64,000 nt of DNA from Eledone cirrhosa (GCA_964016885.1 OZ024741.1:59272001-59336000), one strand, 5' to 3'. Shown: positions 13,293 through 27,208, numbered from the stretch's first letter. Numbers and translations are program-made. The notes: a model not told the origin generated them from the letters alone.

Positions 13293-15423
13293 ACGTAATA
13301 TATATTACGCAACCCCCACCTAGACATACCCCTCCTTGACTATAACTTCCCCCCCAACCCATAACCCAGATAGATAGATATCCTATGGGTGGAACAGTCC
13401 CCTACAAGGTTTGTTTGTGTCTGTGTGTGTGTGTGTGTGTATTCTCCTTTTCTCTCACACACACATATGTATGTATGTGTGTGTGCATGTGTACATGCAT
13501 ACATGCATATATGTGTGTGTTGTATACACATATATATTGTATATGTGTATATATATGTATATTATATACATATGTATTGTGTGTGTGTGTATATGTGATA
13601 TGTATGTGTATATGTATGTATATGTGTATATATGTGTATGTGTGTGTATGATATGTATATATGTGTGTATGTATATATATTTTTTCTGTAGAAGTCTTCT
13701 CTATATGTGGTGTTTGGCATGAATTCCTCCTATAATACTCTTCTTTGAGAGGAGCACGATATGTAGAGTAACACATATGTATTGTCGCAGTTCAAACTGA
13801 GAACCACCACCCCTCCTGCTGACCCAAATGTTTACTGAGGACCAGAACACCATTCTCCACAATATAAGAGAGGAATGCGCTTGCCGGACTATTGATGACC
13901 AAAACATCGCATTCCAAGGTAATGGCAAAACACAGTGAATGGTAAACACGACCAGAACATCACAACATGCACATCGGAGCAACAAAGATATAATATCAAT
14001 AAGCGAATCAATTGAATTTTTTGAGTTGAAATACATATAGATATGTGTCTGTGTGTATCGGACACACGTACACATGAAGAAACTGCTGACCTAAATGTAC
14101 CTGTCATGCCTGTCTGAATTCCCAAGAAAATTTTCGGTCAGTTACTATCTTGACCGCTTACACTCACAATTACTACGTAGCGGTTCTTGCACGTGACTGC
14201 TAGACCCGGATGAAACGAAGACGAAGAATTTCCTTGCGTACCGTTTTGTACCACAGATGCGATCTCACTCTGCCTCGTTAATGTTCAATCAACACCAAAG
14301 TTCTACGTTCTGGGCAATAGAATTGAATCCAACCACCGACAACATAGTTGGATGACCGATAATCACACCAAACCGGAGTACTGTGATCCTTGTGATTTCG
14401 AGATATACAACCACTGATAGTGTAACGAAGACCAGAAAACCATACTCCATAATATTGAACCAAGTGATTGATTTGAGCGACCAAATTAACACCACACACA
14501 TATTGGGTCGGCAATGAACTAGGAATATTGGATCCTCTGTCAATGTCTGGGTGAGCAAAAATAGATTTCTATCTGCATTGAAATTTACGAACTTGTGCAT
14601 CTGCTGTGGTGTCAAACACAAACGCACACGACCGCACAGATGACCAATGGACTATGCCACGTGGGTTGAACTTGCAAGTGAATTGAAGGATGTGTAACTC
14701 TGATATACAGATTATTTATTATTAAGATGTATAAACTTGACATAACTATTATCATTTTATATTCTCTCAACTAATCACATTTGATTATATTTCTCTATCC
14801 TGTTTTCTCCCTCCATATTTATAATATTTTTATTTGACAAAATCGGTTTTTTTACATTGTGTATTTCCCTTCTAATACTTGCTTATATTTTTTTATATAT
14901 TCTCTATATATTTTTTATATATATATTTTTGTATCTTTATTCTTATTTTCACTTTTATCCTCATTTATATTTTACCTTATTCTTACTTTTATACCTTATT
15001 ATAGTGTAATCTTCCCCATGCCTTATTATACATTATTAATTACACATTATTATTATTACTCTTATTCCATTTCTAATTACCTCATGTACTTTCTCCTCCG
15101 TTATATATATATTGTATGCCCTTTGTGTGTGTGTAGCCTCTGCACGCCCTCTGCACCCTACTATCGACGCCACCCATCTATGGCTCCACAAACCACTCGA
15201 CTCCCGGGAATGAATATGACCACAGCTAGTAAACAAGGACCCACACCCCACCCTCCCGCACCAAAATTAGACTTATCGTCCCCTGCTTTTGCTCTTTACT
15301 CTCTTTACTCTTTGTTCTTGAATGTTTGGTTGGTAGAGTCCATAACACCAATCAAACCCCTTTTATATGTGTTTGTTGTTATTGTGCTTGTGTATGTATT
15401 TATTTATTTATCTATTTATTTAT

Positions 15424-16069
15424 TTATACTTCTCTTAGGTCAGTGTTGTTTGTTTGGGTGTTGTTGTTATTCCATTCATTTTTTCTGTTTAGCCTTGGCC
15501 TTCTAAGTTCAATTTCACTGGCCTGTCTGATTTGCCTATCTGCTGGGTCATTTCTATGTTTAGATATTATTCTAATTTCTATGTTGTCGTTGTTACCCTC
15601 GTGTTGTTGTCTGGCATGTTCGTATAGTACTGACCCGTTTTTTCGTCCTTTTAGTTCCCTCCAGTGTTGGTCTATCATTTCACCTATGTTACGAGCTGTC
15701 TCGCCTATGTATGTTGTTTTCATGTTTCTGCAAGTACCCTCTGTAAATCTTATGCTATATGCTATAAACTACGTTTCTAGTTTTACAGTTTATCCGGGGG
15801 TTTACTTTACATATGATACATTTCCTATTAGTACAGTTGGTTTTCTTAAAAGGGTAGGTTTTGCTGATCAGGGATTTTATGGTGGTTCCTGGCTTTTCTA
15901 CCACCTTAATCTTTAAGTGGGTCTTTCTCGGGGCCTTTCTACACTGGTTAGCTAATTTCCCTCCAGGGGTAGCGTCCACAAACATGACACTCTGGTATCT
16001 CTGGTTGTCGTACCATGAGGTGGCTTTCCCTATCTCAAGGGCATAAATAACCAAAAGTGTTCCTTTCAT
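15424..16069 (-). mobile_element. Penelope-like GIY-YIG fragment (different subfamily), broken
   Basis: FVDATPGG..KVVEKPG..CTNRKCIIC..NVVYSI, then TYIGETARNIG..EHARQQH..LNRKNEWN. Confidence 0.8.
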
Positions 16070-16419
16070 TGCTCGGAAAGAGTTTTGGGGGTTAAATTCA
16101 CGTCAAGGTTCATTGCTCGCAAAAATAGCTTGTTTTGATTTTGCAGCAAGTCAAGGGGGTAACTCTGGCCGGTGTTAGGACAATCTTCCCGAACAAATTT
16201 TTATCCGTTACAACCTTACCATTGTCGATACTCACAGGGTCATGTAACCAACGCTTATTTTGAGACGTTTGTTTTTCCGCACCTGTTTGTCTGGGTCGTT
16301 TGAGGCTGGGTCTGGTATGCATGGTTAGTTTCCTGGGTGTTATTTTGCAGCGCCTGCCCACCGGGGTGTTAAAATTTGTTGTAGGGAGATCCGGTGAACG
16401 GTTTCACTCCTCATCCTTA

Positions 16420-17752
16420 AGAAGGATATTTTTAAGCGATGTGTACAACTTATCGCTGTTTCAGCTCTGCTGTTGATGAGCTCGTGGGGTGCAGTTATGA
16501 TATGGTAGAGCTCCATGAGGCAAAGATCGCATTTCCTCTTGAAGTTGTACGGTGCAGCCCTGCCGACAATCTCCCAGTGCGTGGAGAAGCTGATGTTTAA
16601 GTCCTTTAGTGATGTGATGTAGTCCGCGAGCGAAGTGGAGTGTTTTAGTTTTTTATTTGTGAAAGAGTGGAGATGTGTTCGAAACCTAATTTTGAACGGC
16701 CGGAGGTAGCCCCTATATAATGTTTAACGCTATTGTGGCTAGTTACAGTGCATCTATATATAACCCTATCAGTCAAGCAGTATCCTCTAAGGGTCAGCGT
16801 CCTCTGTCGCGGCAGTTGCAATTTCCGTCGCGGTTCCATCTATTTCCCACGGTAAGGCTATCATTGTTGCTGCCTACGTTGTTACCTACGCTGCCGCAGC
16901 TGTCGTTAGCACCATTACAACCCACAGCACGCGGGGTGGTGCGATTGTTATTCCGCACGTCATGTCCTGCATGTTCCCCAGTCATTTCGCGGTTATGCTG
17001 GTTGGGTCTGCGGAGGCCGTTGCCAGCACTATTGGATGGTGCTAGGGAGTTGTTAAGGCCGATATAGTTATTGTCAGGTGTAGGTGCGTCTGTGTCGAGG
17101 TGCTGTGTCTTGGTGATCTTACTGTGGTTCGTTGTTCCTATGATGTCTGCTAGGTTAGGAGTAGTAGAGAAGGATATTTTTATATTGTTCCTATTAAGAA
17201 TTTTTCTATACCTATGGTTGAGTGGGAAGTTCTTCTCTAAGGCTTCGAAGAATATCCGGGGTATGTTGGAGGCCGCACTCCGTGAGTGGGGGGGGGGGGG
17301 GCATAGGACGTTACGGTGGCGATTACGTGTCCTTGTACGTTTGCTACGGGTGGTTCCATCTAGGTGACCGCTCTTATGTATGCTAATGCGCTGTAGCCCG
17401 TTAGCTCCCCCTTTCACTTTATGCTCGGGTGCACTCTTCTTCCCTCTTCCATGTTTATGTAAAGGAAGATGTTGGTTGGAAGGCGTTGGTAGTAGGCCGT
17501 CGCCTTTGTTGGATTTGTAGTAGGGGAATAGTTCGAGTAATCTACAGTGGTCACCGTCGCCGGGGTCGTGATCTTTAGTGCGATTATCTATTCTATTATA
17601 TCCGACTTCAACGAGGTCGCCGCGTGATCGGTTATAGGTATGGCTTACTATAACGTTCGTTTTATGAGGGGGGTGGTTTCTAGAGCTAGCGTTAGGGATG
17701 TAGGAAATTCCTCGGTTAAAGCCGGAGTCTTCTGTATTACTGCGTAGCGCCA
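16420..17752 (-). mobile_element. Penelope-like linker + GIY-YIG fragment, frameshifted
   Basis: NIPRIFFEALEKNFP..KISFSTTPNL..CNCR, then GYCLTDRVIYRC..HYIGAT. Same clade as 45562-47187. Confidence 0.85.
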
Positions 17753-20209
17753 AAGATCTCAGTCCAGAAACATTGTCTTAGAGAGATGTAAGTGTGTGAG
17801 GTCGGAATTTATCAGATCATCCCAGGTTTTTCTGGGTCTACCTACTCCGTAACTACCATCAATTTTGATCGCCCTGCACTTTTTTTATGCAGCTGTCGTC
17901 TTTCATGCGCATCACGTGACCATACCAACGTAGTCTTCTCTCAAGTAAACAGCATCTGATCCATCTTATTCCTAATTTCTCACTTAATTCATTTATGCTT
18001 TGCCGTTCACGTATATTACTATTACACATCCAACGGAGCATGCATGCTTCATTCCTTTCCAGTCTACGCAGGTCCTCTGCACGTAATGCCCATGTCTCAC
18101 TGCCATGTAGCATTGCTGTTCGTATACAGGGATCATACAAGCTGCCTTTCATTTTTAGAGAGAAACCTTTTGTGGCCAACAGCGGTATAAGCTCTCTGAA
18201 CTTTTTCCATCCCGTTCTGACTTTGGCTACTGTACTTTCAGAACACCCTCCACCACTGCTGATTTCGTCACCCAGGTAACGGAAAGTGTCTACTATTTCT
18301 ATAGAACCATCTGGGAAATGGAAGGAGCTAGTATCCTTTGGACACTTGCTACCTATTGCACCTGAGCATTGGCCACATGTAAAGTCTACGTTCTTAGATA
18401 GTTTACCTGTGATCCCACTACATCTTTTATGTACCCATACTTTGCATTTGTGACATAAAATGGAATTTCTGCCTACTCCTTTCCTACACGCTGAGCATGG
18501 CCATTTACCTGAGGGTACCTGTGCCCTATTTTCCTTTCTACGAACTAGAACTTTAGTCTTAGACAAGTTAACTTTAAGGCCTTTTGATTCTAGGCCATGC
18601 TTCCATGTTTCAAATTTCTTCTCTAGTTCAGCCATTGATTCAGCTATGAGCGTTAGATCATCTGCGTATAGGAGTTCCCATGGGCAGCCGATCTTGAACT
18701 CCTCTGTTATAGCCTGAAGGGCAATAATAAATAAGAGAGGGCTAAGGACAGAGCTTTGATGAACGCCAACTTTTACACTAAATTCTTCACAATATTCATT
18801 AACCTTACTGTTTCATTATACATAGCTTGTATAGCTCTCACAACCCATTCATCTACACCTAGTTTTCTAAGAGCCCACCAGATAATGGAGCGGGGGACTC
18901 TGTCAAAGGCTTTCTCCAGGTCTACAAAAGCTAAGTAGAGGGGTTTACTTTTAGCTAGGTACTTCTCTTGTACTCCTAGGTACTTCTCTTTTAGCTAGGT
19001 ACTTCTCTGTTGTACTTTTACCTGACACAAACCCAAACTGCATTTCATCTAGATCAATTCGCTCTCTGATTAGTTGCGCTATAACTCTTTCTGTGACCTT
19101 CATGACCTGGTCAACTAACTTAATGCATCTATAGTTTCCCCTATCTAGAGCATCCCCTTTACCCTTGTAGCAGTTAATGATGATGCTGCTATGCCAGTCT
19201 TTCGGTGTGACCCCACTCTGTATTACTTGGTTAACTATACGGGTTACCAGTGTGTCCCACCATACCAGATGCCTTCAACATCTCAGCAACTATTTCCGAA
19301 GGCCCAGCTACCTTGCCTGTCTTCATACCTTTGATTTCCTTACTTATTATACTACCTTTAACTTGCACCGCTGGTCCTTCGATTTGGGGCAGACTATCTT
19401 TTTTGTCATTTATTCTCCTCATTTAATAGTCTCTCGTAGTGACACTTCCAGGCTATCTTCTTATCAGTATCAGTGAGCGCAAGTACACCATTATCATTAC
19501 GGACACAGTTCTCCCCGACAATATATCACGGTTTTCCTTGACACATAGTCTAGCAATCCTGAACACCTCACGTTTTTGGTCCTCACGTTGCAGAACATGC
19601 TTGAACTTTCTATCCTCTGCTACCCTTTTTGCAAGGTACACTTGTCTCCTAGCTTCTCTCCTGGCCACTTGATAGTGCTCTCTACTTCCCCCATCCTGCC
19701 ATACTTTCCAAGCCTGCTTTTTGGCCTTGATTGTCTCTTCCACCTTACTGTTCCATCACCAAGTTACTCTCCTCCTGCCTATAGGTCTGCTCCAGCCACA
19801 GATTTCATCCGTTGCTTTCAGCAGGTTCACTTTCAAGAATTGCCACTGTTCCTCTATATTGCACGTCTCTAATTGCTCTTCCTTATTGTCAAAGGCATCA
19901 AGTAATAAGCTTTTAAATTTGTCACTGGCTATGGGGTCCTTCAACTTCAATATTCTTCTCCTCAAGGTATGCCTCCTCTGTCGACGAGTACGTCTATTCT
20001 TGACTATGAGGTCACTAACTACTAGGCTATGTTGGGAGGTTCATTCTTCACGGGGGAGGGATTTAGTGTTTACAACAGACATTTTGTCCCGTATTCTAGT
20101 AAGGATATAATCTATCTGGCTGGCGTGTTCCCCTGATATATAGGTGATCAAATGGTTTTCACGTTGTTTGAAGTTTGTGTTACAGATAGTTAGGCTATTT
20201 GGGTCACAG
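17753..20209 (-). mobile_element. RTE-clade LINE, decayed (APE end, RT, C-terminal domain)
   Basis: SQIDYIL (APE end), RT motifs across frameshifted ORFs, KWPCSAC..CHKCKVWVHKRCSG Cys cluster, GSETW. Interrupted at 20209 by (TA)n. Confidence 0.9.
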
Positions 20210-20231
20210 AATATATATATACATACACACA

Positions 20232-20291
<60 letters not shown>

Positions 20292-20365
20292 CACACACAT
20301 ATATATATATACATACACATATATATATATATATATATACATACACATATATATATATATACATA

Positions 20366-20396
<31 letters not shown>

Positions 20397-20536
20397 ACGC
20401 ATATATATATATATATATATACATACGCATATATATATATATATATACACACATATATATATATATATACATACACATATATATATATACATACACATAT
20501 ATATATATACATACACATTTATATATATATATACAT

Positions 20537-20593
<57 letters not shown>

Positions 20594-20678
20594 CATGATG
20601 GCTGCCCCCTCGTTATCGAGTATGGCCATTGCACAATAAAAAATAAAAAAAAAAATAAAAAATAAAAATAAATAAAAA

Positions 20679-20738
<60 letters not shown>

Positions 20739-20787
20739 AATAAATAAAAAAAAAAAAAAAATAAAAAAAAAAAAAAAAAGGGAAAAG

Positions 20788-20820
<33 letters not shown>

Positions 20821-20942
20821 TATACATATATATATACATACACGTATATATACACACACACATACATACACATACATACATATATACACACACACATACA
20901 TACACATACACTCACACATATATACACACATACATTAATAAC

Positions 20943-20991
<49 letters not shown>

Positions 20992-21070
20992 GCAATAATA
21001 ATAATAACGACAACAACAATAATAATATACATATTCATATATATATACACACACACGCACGCACATAAGC

Positions 21071-21108
<38 letters not shown>

Positions 21109-24100
21109 GATAGCAACTAACAGTGCTGCGATCGAATGTGGCTTTTTAGCCCAGCCAATGATCTAAAATGTCTTGCACAGAGTCGGCAACCAAAACATTT
21201 ACTGGGAATAGTCGGCTGTGGTTGGAGTTCGTGTACTTTTGCATGTCGCTTGAGTCCTCCTGCTGATTTACATTCTCTACCACATGTTTGGCAAGCATGA
21301 TGAGTAGCATCTCCAACAGCAGCCTGGTAGTCAACCACTGGTCTTACTTTATGACTGCGAAGATGACTTTCGAGTCCAGCTTTGCTTAGGCAGAGTCTCG
21401 CACAGACGCTGCATGTCAGAAACATAGGAGGACCCTCGCCGTCTGGAAGTGCAACAGCAATACCCTTCCTCACGTCCCGCTTTACTTTCTCGTGTGCGAT
21501 TCGAGATGCCTCAAAGGCAACTTTTCCCTCATATACAGTCTTTCTCCATTTATTACGATCAGCAGCAATATTTTCCCATGTATCAGCAGAGATGTTAGCG
21601 TCTTTCAGAGAGGCCTTCAAGGAATCCTTATACCTCTTTTTTGGTTTATGTGGCGGTCGTTTTCCTTTAACCAACTCTCCATAGAAGAGTTGTTTTGGTA
21701 TTCTAGAATCCTTCATCCTGGCAAGGTGACCACTCCAACGGAGTCGCTGCTTAAGCACAAGAGCTTCTATACTGTCACACATAGAGCTTTCCAAAATCTC
21801 GACATCACTGATGTGGTCCCTCCAGTGAACGCCATGTATCCGTCTGAGACACATCTGATGGAAACGCTCCAATTGCTTAAGGTGGCGTCGATATGTGACC
21901 CAGGTCTCGCAGGCATAAAGAAGACAAGAGAGTACACATGCCCTGTACACCTTTACCTTTGTCCTCCTGCATATGTCTCGCCGACCCCAGAGTCGCCTTT
22001 CTAGCTTTCCGAAAGCATCACTTGCTTTCCTAATCCTAAGTGAGATTTCACTGTCAAGGTTGCCGTATCGATTGACAGTGCTTCCCAGGTAGACAAACTG
22101 ATCAACCACTCCAAGTCGTTTGCCATACACATAGATGTTTGGTTCAGTGTACTGCCCACCAGGTGCAGGTTGGTACATGACGACGGTTTTCTTGAGACTG
22201 ACAGTCAAACCCAGGGCAGTGCAAGCGTCAGAAAATACATTCAAAATGTGCTGCATATCACTCTCTGTGTGCGCTACAAGATCGCAATCATCTGCATACA
22301 AGAGGTCTCTTATGACTGATGTAAATACTTTTGTCTTCGCAGCAAAGCGCCTGATGTTAAATATGCTGCCTGAGGTTCGATATCGGATGTAAACACCATG
22401 CTCGCAATTCCTGAATGCAATACAGAAAACCATTGCAAAGTATATGGCAAACAGGGTCGGTGCTGGAATATCCCCCTGCTTCACTCCATTTTTTACTGAG
22501 ATAGGCTCCGACATGTTACCTCCGACATTAACCCAAGCCTTCATGTCGTCATGGAAAGACCTAACTAAAGCAAGGAACTTATCAGGGCAACCAAGTTTCT
22601 GGAGAACCTTCCATAATGCATCTCTGTTGACAGTATCGAAAGCCTTTGTCAGATCGACAAAAACCTGATACAGATCCAAGCCCTGTTCAATGCACTTCTC
22701 CTGGAGCTGTCTAGCTGAGAAGATCATATCAGTAGTGCCGCGTCCAACACGAAAACCAGATTGACTTTCAGGAAGGACACAATCTGCAATGTGTGTCAGC
22801 AGACGGTCCAGAAGCACCCTACATAAAACTTTCCCCACGACAGAAAGCAATGATATACCTCTGTAGTTCCCACAATCATTCCTGTTACCCTTTCCCTTGT
22901 ACAAGACCACCATTACTGCATCTCTCCAGTCCTCAGGCACGGATTCATTAGCCCATATCCTTCCAAACAGAGAGTGAAGATGTTGCAGGAGTCTCTCACC
23001 ACCATATTGTAGGAGCTCAGCATGTATGCCATCCATACCTGGAGATCTTCCACTGTTCAGCTTCGAAATAGCCACTGCAACCTCCACAAGTGTCGGAGGT
23101 TCTGCGAGAGCTACTTTCACAGGACTTTCCGGAATGAGATTGAGGAAATCTTCACTGACGACAGACGGCTGATTCAAAAGATCATCAAAGTGCTCTCGCC
23201 ACCTTCGTAGAATTCCCTGTGAGTCACGAAGAAGTTCTTTGCCATCCTTGCTGCGAATCGGTGTCACCAGAGAAGAAGACGGTCCATAAACCTCACGCAA
23301 GAGACTGTACAACAGCTTTGTGTTATTGCAATCAGACGCAGTTTGTATCTCACCAGCCTTCTCACTCCACAACTGATCCTTCATCTGAGAAAGACTCCGC
23401 CTAACACGTGATTTTACATCCCTGAGCTCCTCATGCAACGTATTCCTCTCCTGTGGTTTTGCCGTCAAGTAGCGTGACAGAGCGCGCCTCTTATCAGCCA
23501 ACAAGTCATCTATATGCACATCTTTCTCATTAAACCAGTCCTGATGTTTTCTCTGCACCAATCCCAGAACACGTCTGCCTACATCATAAACCGACTTTTT
23601 AAGGGTCGGCCAATCCTCACCAAGATCTGCAGCCTGCATCTCTTCTTCCAATGTCCTCTTCACATTTTTATCCTTAAGACGAGCAGCATTCAATCTTTTG
23701 GGCAGGGTAACACCAGGAGCCCGGATTTTACGTTTGGTGATTAGATTCACTTTTGCGCGTACCAGGCGGTGGTCCGTCCAGCACTCAGCTCCACGAAGAA
23801 CACGAACACACTGCACATCCTGTCTGTCACGCATCCTGACTAGGACGTAGTCCAAAAGATGCCATTCCTTAGATGCAGGATGCATCCATGTGGTCTTGAA
23901 TTTGTTCTTTTGTTGGAACATGGTGTTGGTAACACACAGATCCAGCTCCTCACACATCTGCAGCAAGAGCATACCATTGCTGTTACACTTTCCCACCCCA
24001 TGCCTTCCGATTACATTCCATGTGTTAAAATCCCTACCCACTCTAGCATTAAAGTCACCAAGCACGATGACTTTGTCTGCCTGAGGGATATTTCTTAAAA

Positions 24101-24670
24101 CACCTTTCAAGGCATGGTAAAAGGACAGTTTTTCTTCATCGACAGAATTCATAGTTGGAGCATACACACTCACCAGGGTAGCATATCTTCCCTTGTCCAG
24201 CGGAACTCTCATGGACATAAGACGCTCACTAATCCCCACTGGGAATTCTTCTAATTTATTCACCAGTACAGTCTTAACAGCAAATCCTACCCCAGCCTCT
24301 CTTCTGGTTCCTTCATCTCTTCCTTTCCAGAAGAATGTATATTCTCCACAAAATTCCGTAAGATGACCATCTCCAGCTAACCTCGTCTCAGACAAAGCCA
24401 CGATGTCAAGATCGTAACGTCGAAGCTCCTTCGCAACAAGAGCGGTCCTTCGTTCAGGACGCTCCAAAGAATCCCTGTCAAGCAGCGTCCGTACGTTCCA
24501 GCAGCCAAGACTAAATGCCCTGTTTGGCTCTATTACAATGGCACGATGACTGGCGGGCCCAGGTTGTGATAACTTGGGGCCCCTGCCCTTATTGCCAATG
24601 ATCTTTTTTGTTCCAGAACCCAAATTGGCAATTATCTCGTTTACATTGTTCTGGAACATCATTGAATTGG

Positions 24671-24701
<31 letters not shown>

Positions 24702-24706
24702 TAATA

Positions 24707-24743
<37 letters not shown>

Positions 24744-25045
24744 ACTATTAATAATTATTAATGCACTCGTGCAATGCCTGTGCGTGACGAATATTTTTAA
24801 AGTGAGGAAAGACTGTGCACTGAACCAATCCCACTCTCTGAGCGACAGTAGCTATAACCCGAAAAGAAGAAAAGATCAACATCATCGGTAACTACTGAGC
24901 CGCAGGTTTTATATCGGAGTTAACCCAGTTTCCTGAGATGCCTTCTCCTAGAAGAATACCCTGACATGGGCTAGGGGTTCTTCACTCCCAGTGGTTTAAC
25001 TGCGCGATCGGGCATCCAGCCCGATTATTTCTATGTCCCCGCGCA
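20594..25045 (-). mobile_element. Apparently full-length RTE/BovB-type LINE (5' UTR, single ORF, 3' UTR with terminal stem-loop)
   Basis: Intact ORF 21117-24662. The 5' UTR contains a TAGGAGAAGG..AAACC motif I recall from RTE 5' ends. The 3' terminal hairpin at 20597-20630 is shared with 53172-53203. Confidence 0.85.
21117..24662 (-). CDS. RTE LINE polyprotein: APE endonuclease + reverse transcriptase + three C2H2 zinc fingers, 1181 aa
   Basis: WNVRTL, ALSETR, GDFNARVG, LLDYVL, TDHRLV (APE). NYRGISLLS, FVDLTKAFD, GVKQG, LYADD (RT). CSVC..HLRSH, CQTC..HAKVH, CRLC..HIRSQH (zinc fingers). No internal stops. Confidence 0.96.
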   Translation of the reverse strand: MMFQNNVNEIIANLGSGTKKIIGNKGRGPKLSQPGPASHRAIVIEPNRAFSLGCWNVRTLLDRDSLERPERRTALVAKELRRYDLDIVALSETRLAGDGHLTEFCGEYTFFWKGRDEGTRREAGVGFAVKTVLVNKLEEFPVGISERLMSMRVPLDKGRYATLVSVYAPTMNSVDEEKLSFYHALKGVLRNIPQADKVIVLGDFNARVGRDFNTWNVIGRHGVGKCNSNGMLLLQMCEELDLCVTNTMFQQKNKFKTTWMHPASKEWHLLDYVLVRMRDRQDVQCVRVLRGAECWTDHRLVRAKVNLITKRKIRAPGVTLPKRLNAARLKDKNVKRTLEEEMQAADLGEDWPTLKKSVYDVGRRVLGLVQRKHQDWFNEKDVHIDDLLADKRRALSRYLTAKPQERNTLHEELRDVKSRVRRSLSQMKDQLWSEKAGEIQTASDCNNTKLLYSLLREVYGPSSSLVTPIRSKDGKELLRDSQGILRRWREHFDDLLNQPSVVSEDFLNLIPESPVKVALAEPPTLVEVAVAISKLNSGRSPGMDGIHAELLQYGGERLLQHLHSLFGRIWANESVPEDWRDAVMVVLYKGKGNRNDCGNYRGISLLSVVGKVLCRVLLDRLLTHIADCVLPESQSGFRVGRGTTDMIFSARQLQEKCIEQGLDLYQVFVDLTKAFDTVNRDALWKVLQKLGCPDKFLALVRSFHDDMKAWVNVGGNMSEPISVKNGVKQGDIPAPTLFAIYFAMVFCIAFRNCEHGVYIRYRTSGSIFNIRRFAAKTKVFTSVIRDLLYADDCDLVAHTESDMQHILNVFSDACTALGLTVSLKKTVVMYQPAPGGQYTEPNIYVYGKRLGVVDQFVYLGSTVNRYGNLDSEISLRIRKASDAFGKLERRLWGRRDICRRTKVKVYRACVLSCLLYACETWVTYRRHLKQLERFHQMCLRRIHGVHWRDHISDVEILESSMCDSIEALVLKQRLRWSGHLARMKDSRIPKQLFYGELVKGKRPPHKPKKRYKDSLKASLKDANISADTWENIAADRNKWRKTVYEGKVAFEASRIAHEKVKRDVRKGIAVALPDGEGPPMFLTCSVCARLCLSKAGLESHLRSHKVRPVVDYQAAVGDATHHACQTCGRECKSAGGLKRHAKVHELQPQPTIPSKCFGCRLCARHFRSLAGLKSHIRSQHC

Positions 25046-25509
25046 AAAAAAAAAAAAAAAAAAAAAAAAAAATTACTTATTGACACTTATACGTACGACA
25101 TACACACACACGCATACATATGCGTGCACACAGCAACACTCACACACACAACAAACACACACACACGCTACTCTACTCACTTACACGCACACACACACAT
25201 ATATATATATATATTACCGTCATTACTGATACAAGATTACCAGATTATGTCAACTGTTGACTTTCAAGAGTTTGTATAGTTGAAGCCGATCGTATTACAG
25301 TCCAGTATTACTATAATTGCTTTACAGCATAGAGTTATGGCTCTCCACGGAGTCAACAAAAGAGAGTACCAGTGATGCGCTGGCCAGTCGCTGGATCCGT
25401 GCCAAAAGCAGAAAAATTATTATTAAAGTTGTTCTTAAGGTCGCTGGTGATGGTGATGGCGACGGCGGTGGCGGTGGTGGTGGTGGTGGCAGTTGATGTT
25501 GTTGTTCTG

Positions 25510-25556
<47 letters not shown>

Positions 25557-26264
25557 GTTATTTTGAGTTTTTTTTTTTCCTTTCTTTTTTTCTCCTTTTT
25601 TTCTTTTCCTTTCCCCTTCCCTTTTCTTTTTTCTTTTCCCTTCCTTTTTTTATGTTTTGATGCCGCTGTTGTTGTTGTTGTAATTGTTGTAAATGTTCAT
25701 TTCAGTTCATTCTGAAGCTGTTGTTGCTGTAAACATTAGTGCCGGTGTTGTTGTTGTTGTAGATGTTGGGGTTGAAATCTGGTTGTTTGACTGAGTGATG
25801 TATATACACACATATACATACACACACATATATATATATACATTCATCAGAGAGTAGAGAGTTTGACAACAGGTCGATGACTTTAGTCTCGATAGGGTAT
25901 GGTATGGTAATGACATGTGATGGTGGGGAGAGAGTGTAGACGTTATTGTGGTGGTGTGGACAGTGAGATGTATCTAGTTCATTTGACCGTTTTCTTCTCT
26001 TAGCAAAATTTGAATTCTAGCCATGTTATATTGAGATGTAAGTAAATGTAAAATATAAATAAGGATTGCTCTGCTAAAATATACTAAAATATTTGTGTAA
26101 CTTCCACAAACTTCTGTCGTGACATTCCCGAGTCCAGTAACCAACAAATTGTTGTATTTTGATGTTTCAGAATACAAAAATTAATTAAAAACTTACCCCA
26201 CGAAGAGACAGCGTGTGTTGTCCTATCTATAAGCTCCCTCATATATATATACATAGATATATAT

Positions 26265-26345
<81 letters not shown>

Positions 26346-26348
26346 TAT

Positions 26349-26465
<117 letters not shown>

Positions 26466-26522
26466 TATATATATGTACACATATATATATATATATATAC
26501 ATACACATATATATATATATGT

Positions 26523-27078
26523 ATAAAATGCAGGGCGATCAAAATAGATGAAAGCTACGGAGTAGGCAGATCCAGAAAAACCTGGGGCGATTTGATAAAT
26601 TCCGACCTTACACACTTATACCTCTCCAAGACAATGTCACTGGACCGAGATCTTTGGCGCTACGCAGTAATACAGAAGACCCGCCTTGCCTAAGTACAAA
26701 GCGAAACCTACAGTCAGTAGGCACCTCCTAACCAAAAATACACCCACATCCCACTACCCCTACCCCGACCCCCATCTACACCACCCCTTTCTCTGTAAAG
26801 TTATGTTGGTGCCACAACAGATCCAGTTCTAAATAAATGAGGTTGTGTCACGACAAAAATACACACCGTCCACGCTGTAATGTGGCCGTGTAGGTAACAC
26901 GGTAAAAACCTCCCAGTCCACACTGTAAACGTGGTTGGTGTTAGGAAGGGCATCCAGCCGTAGAAAACCCGTCAGACAGTCCTATACGAGCAAGACAACC
27001 AATCTTGCCTCACGTGGGACAATTCCCGTCTAAACCCATGCTAGCATGGAAGATAGACATTAAACGATGATGATGATA
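26523..27078 (+). mobile_element. 5'-truncated RTE LINE 3' end with (GAT)n tail
   Basis: Encodes [34 protein letters not shown] (matches 17753-17880 reversed), then 3' UTR and GATGATGAT. Confidence 0.85.
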
Positions 27079-27085
27079 TACATAA

Positions 27086-27188
<103 letters not shown>

Positions 27189-27208
27189 CACATATATATA
27201 GGTATATA

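Noticed and set aside
24880-25045. HDV-like ribozyme in the RTE 5' UTR
   Set aside because: Known in some RTE elements, but I could not build the nested double pseudoknot by eye. Needs a descriptor search.
25215-25980. Possible host exon or 5' UTR with (GGT)n/(GTT)n runs (similar block at 9100-9570)
   Set aside because: No convincing ORF, splice pair or homology recognisable by eye.
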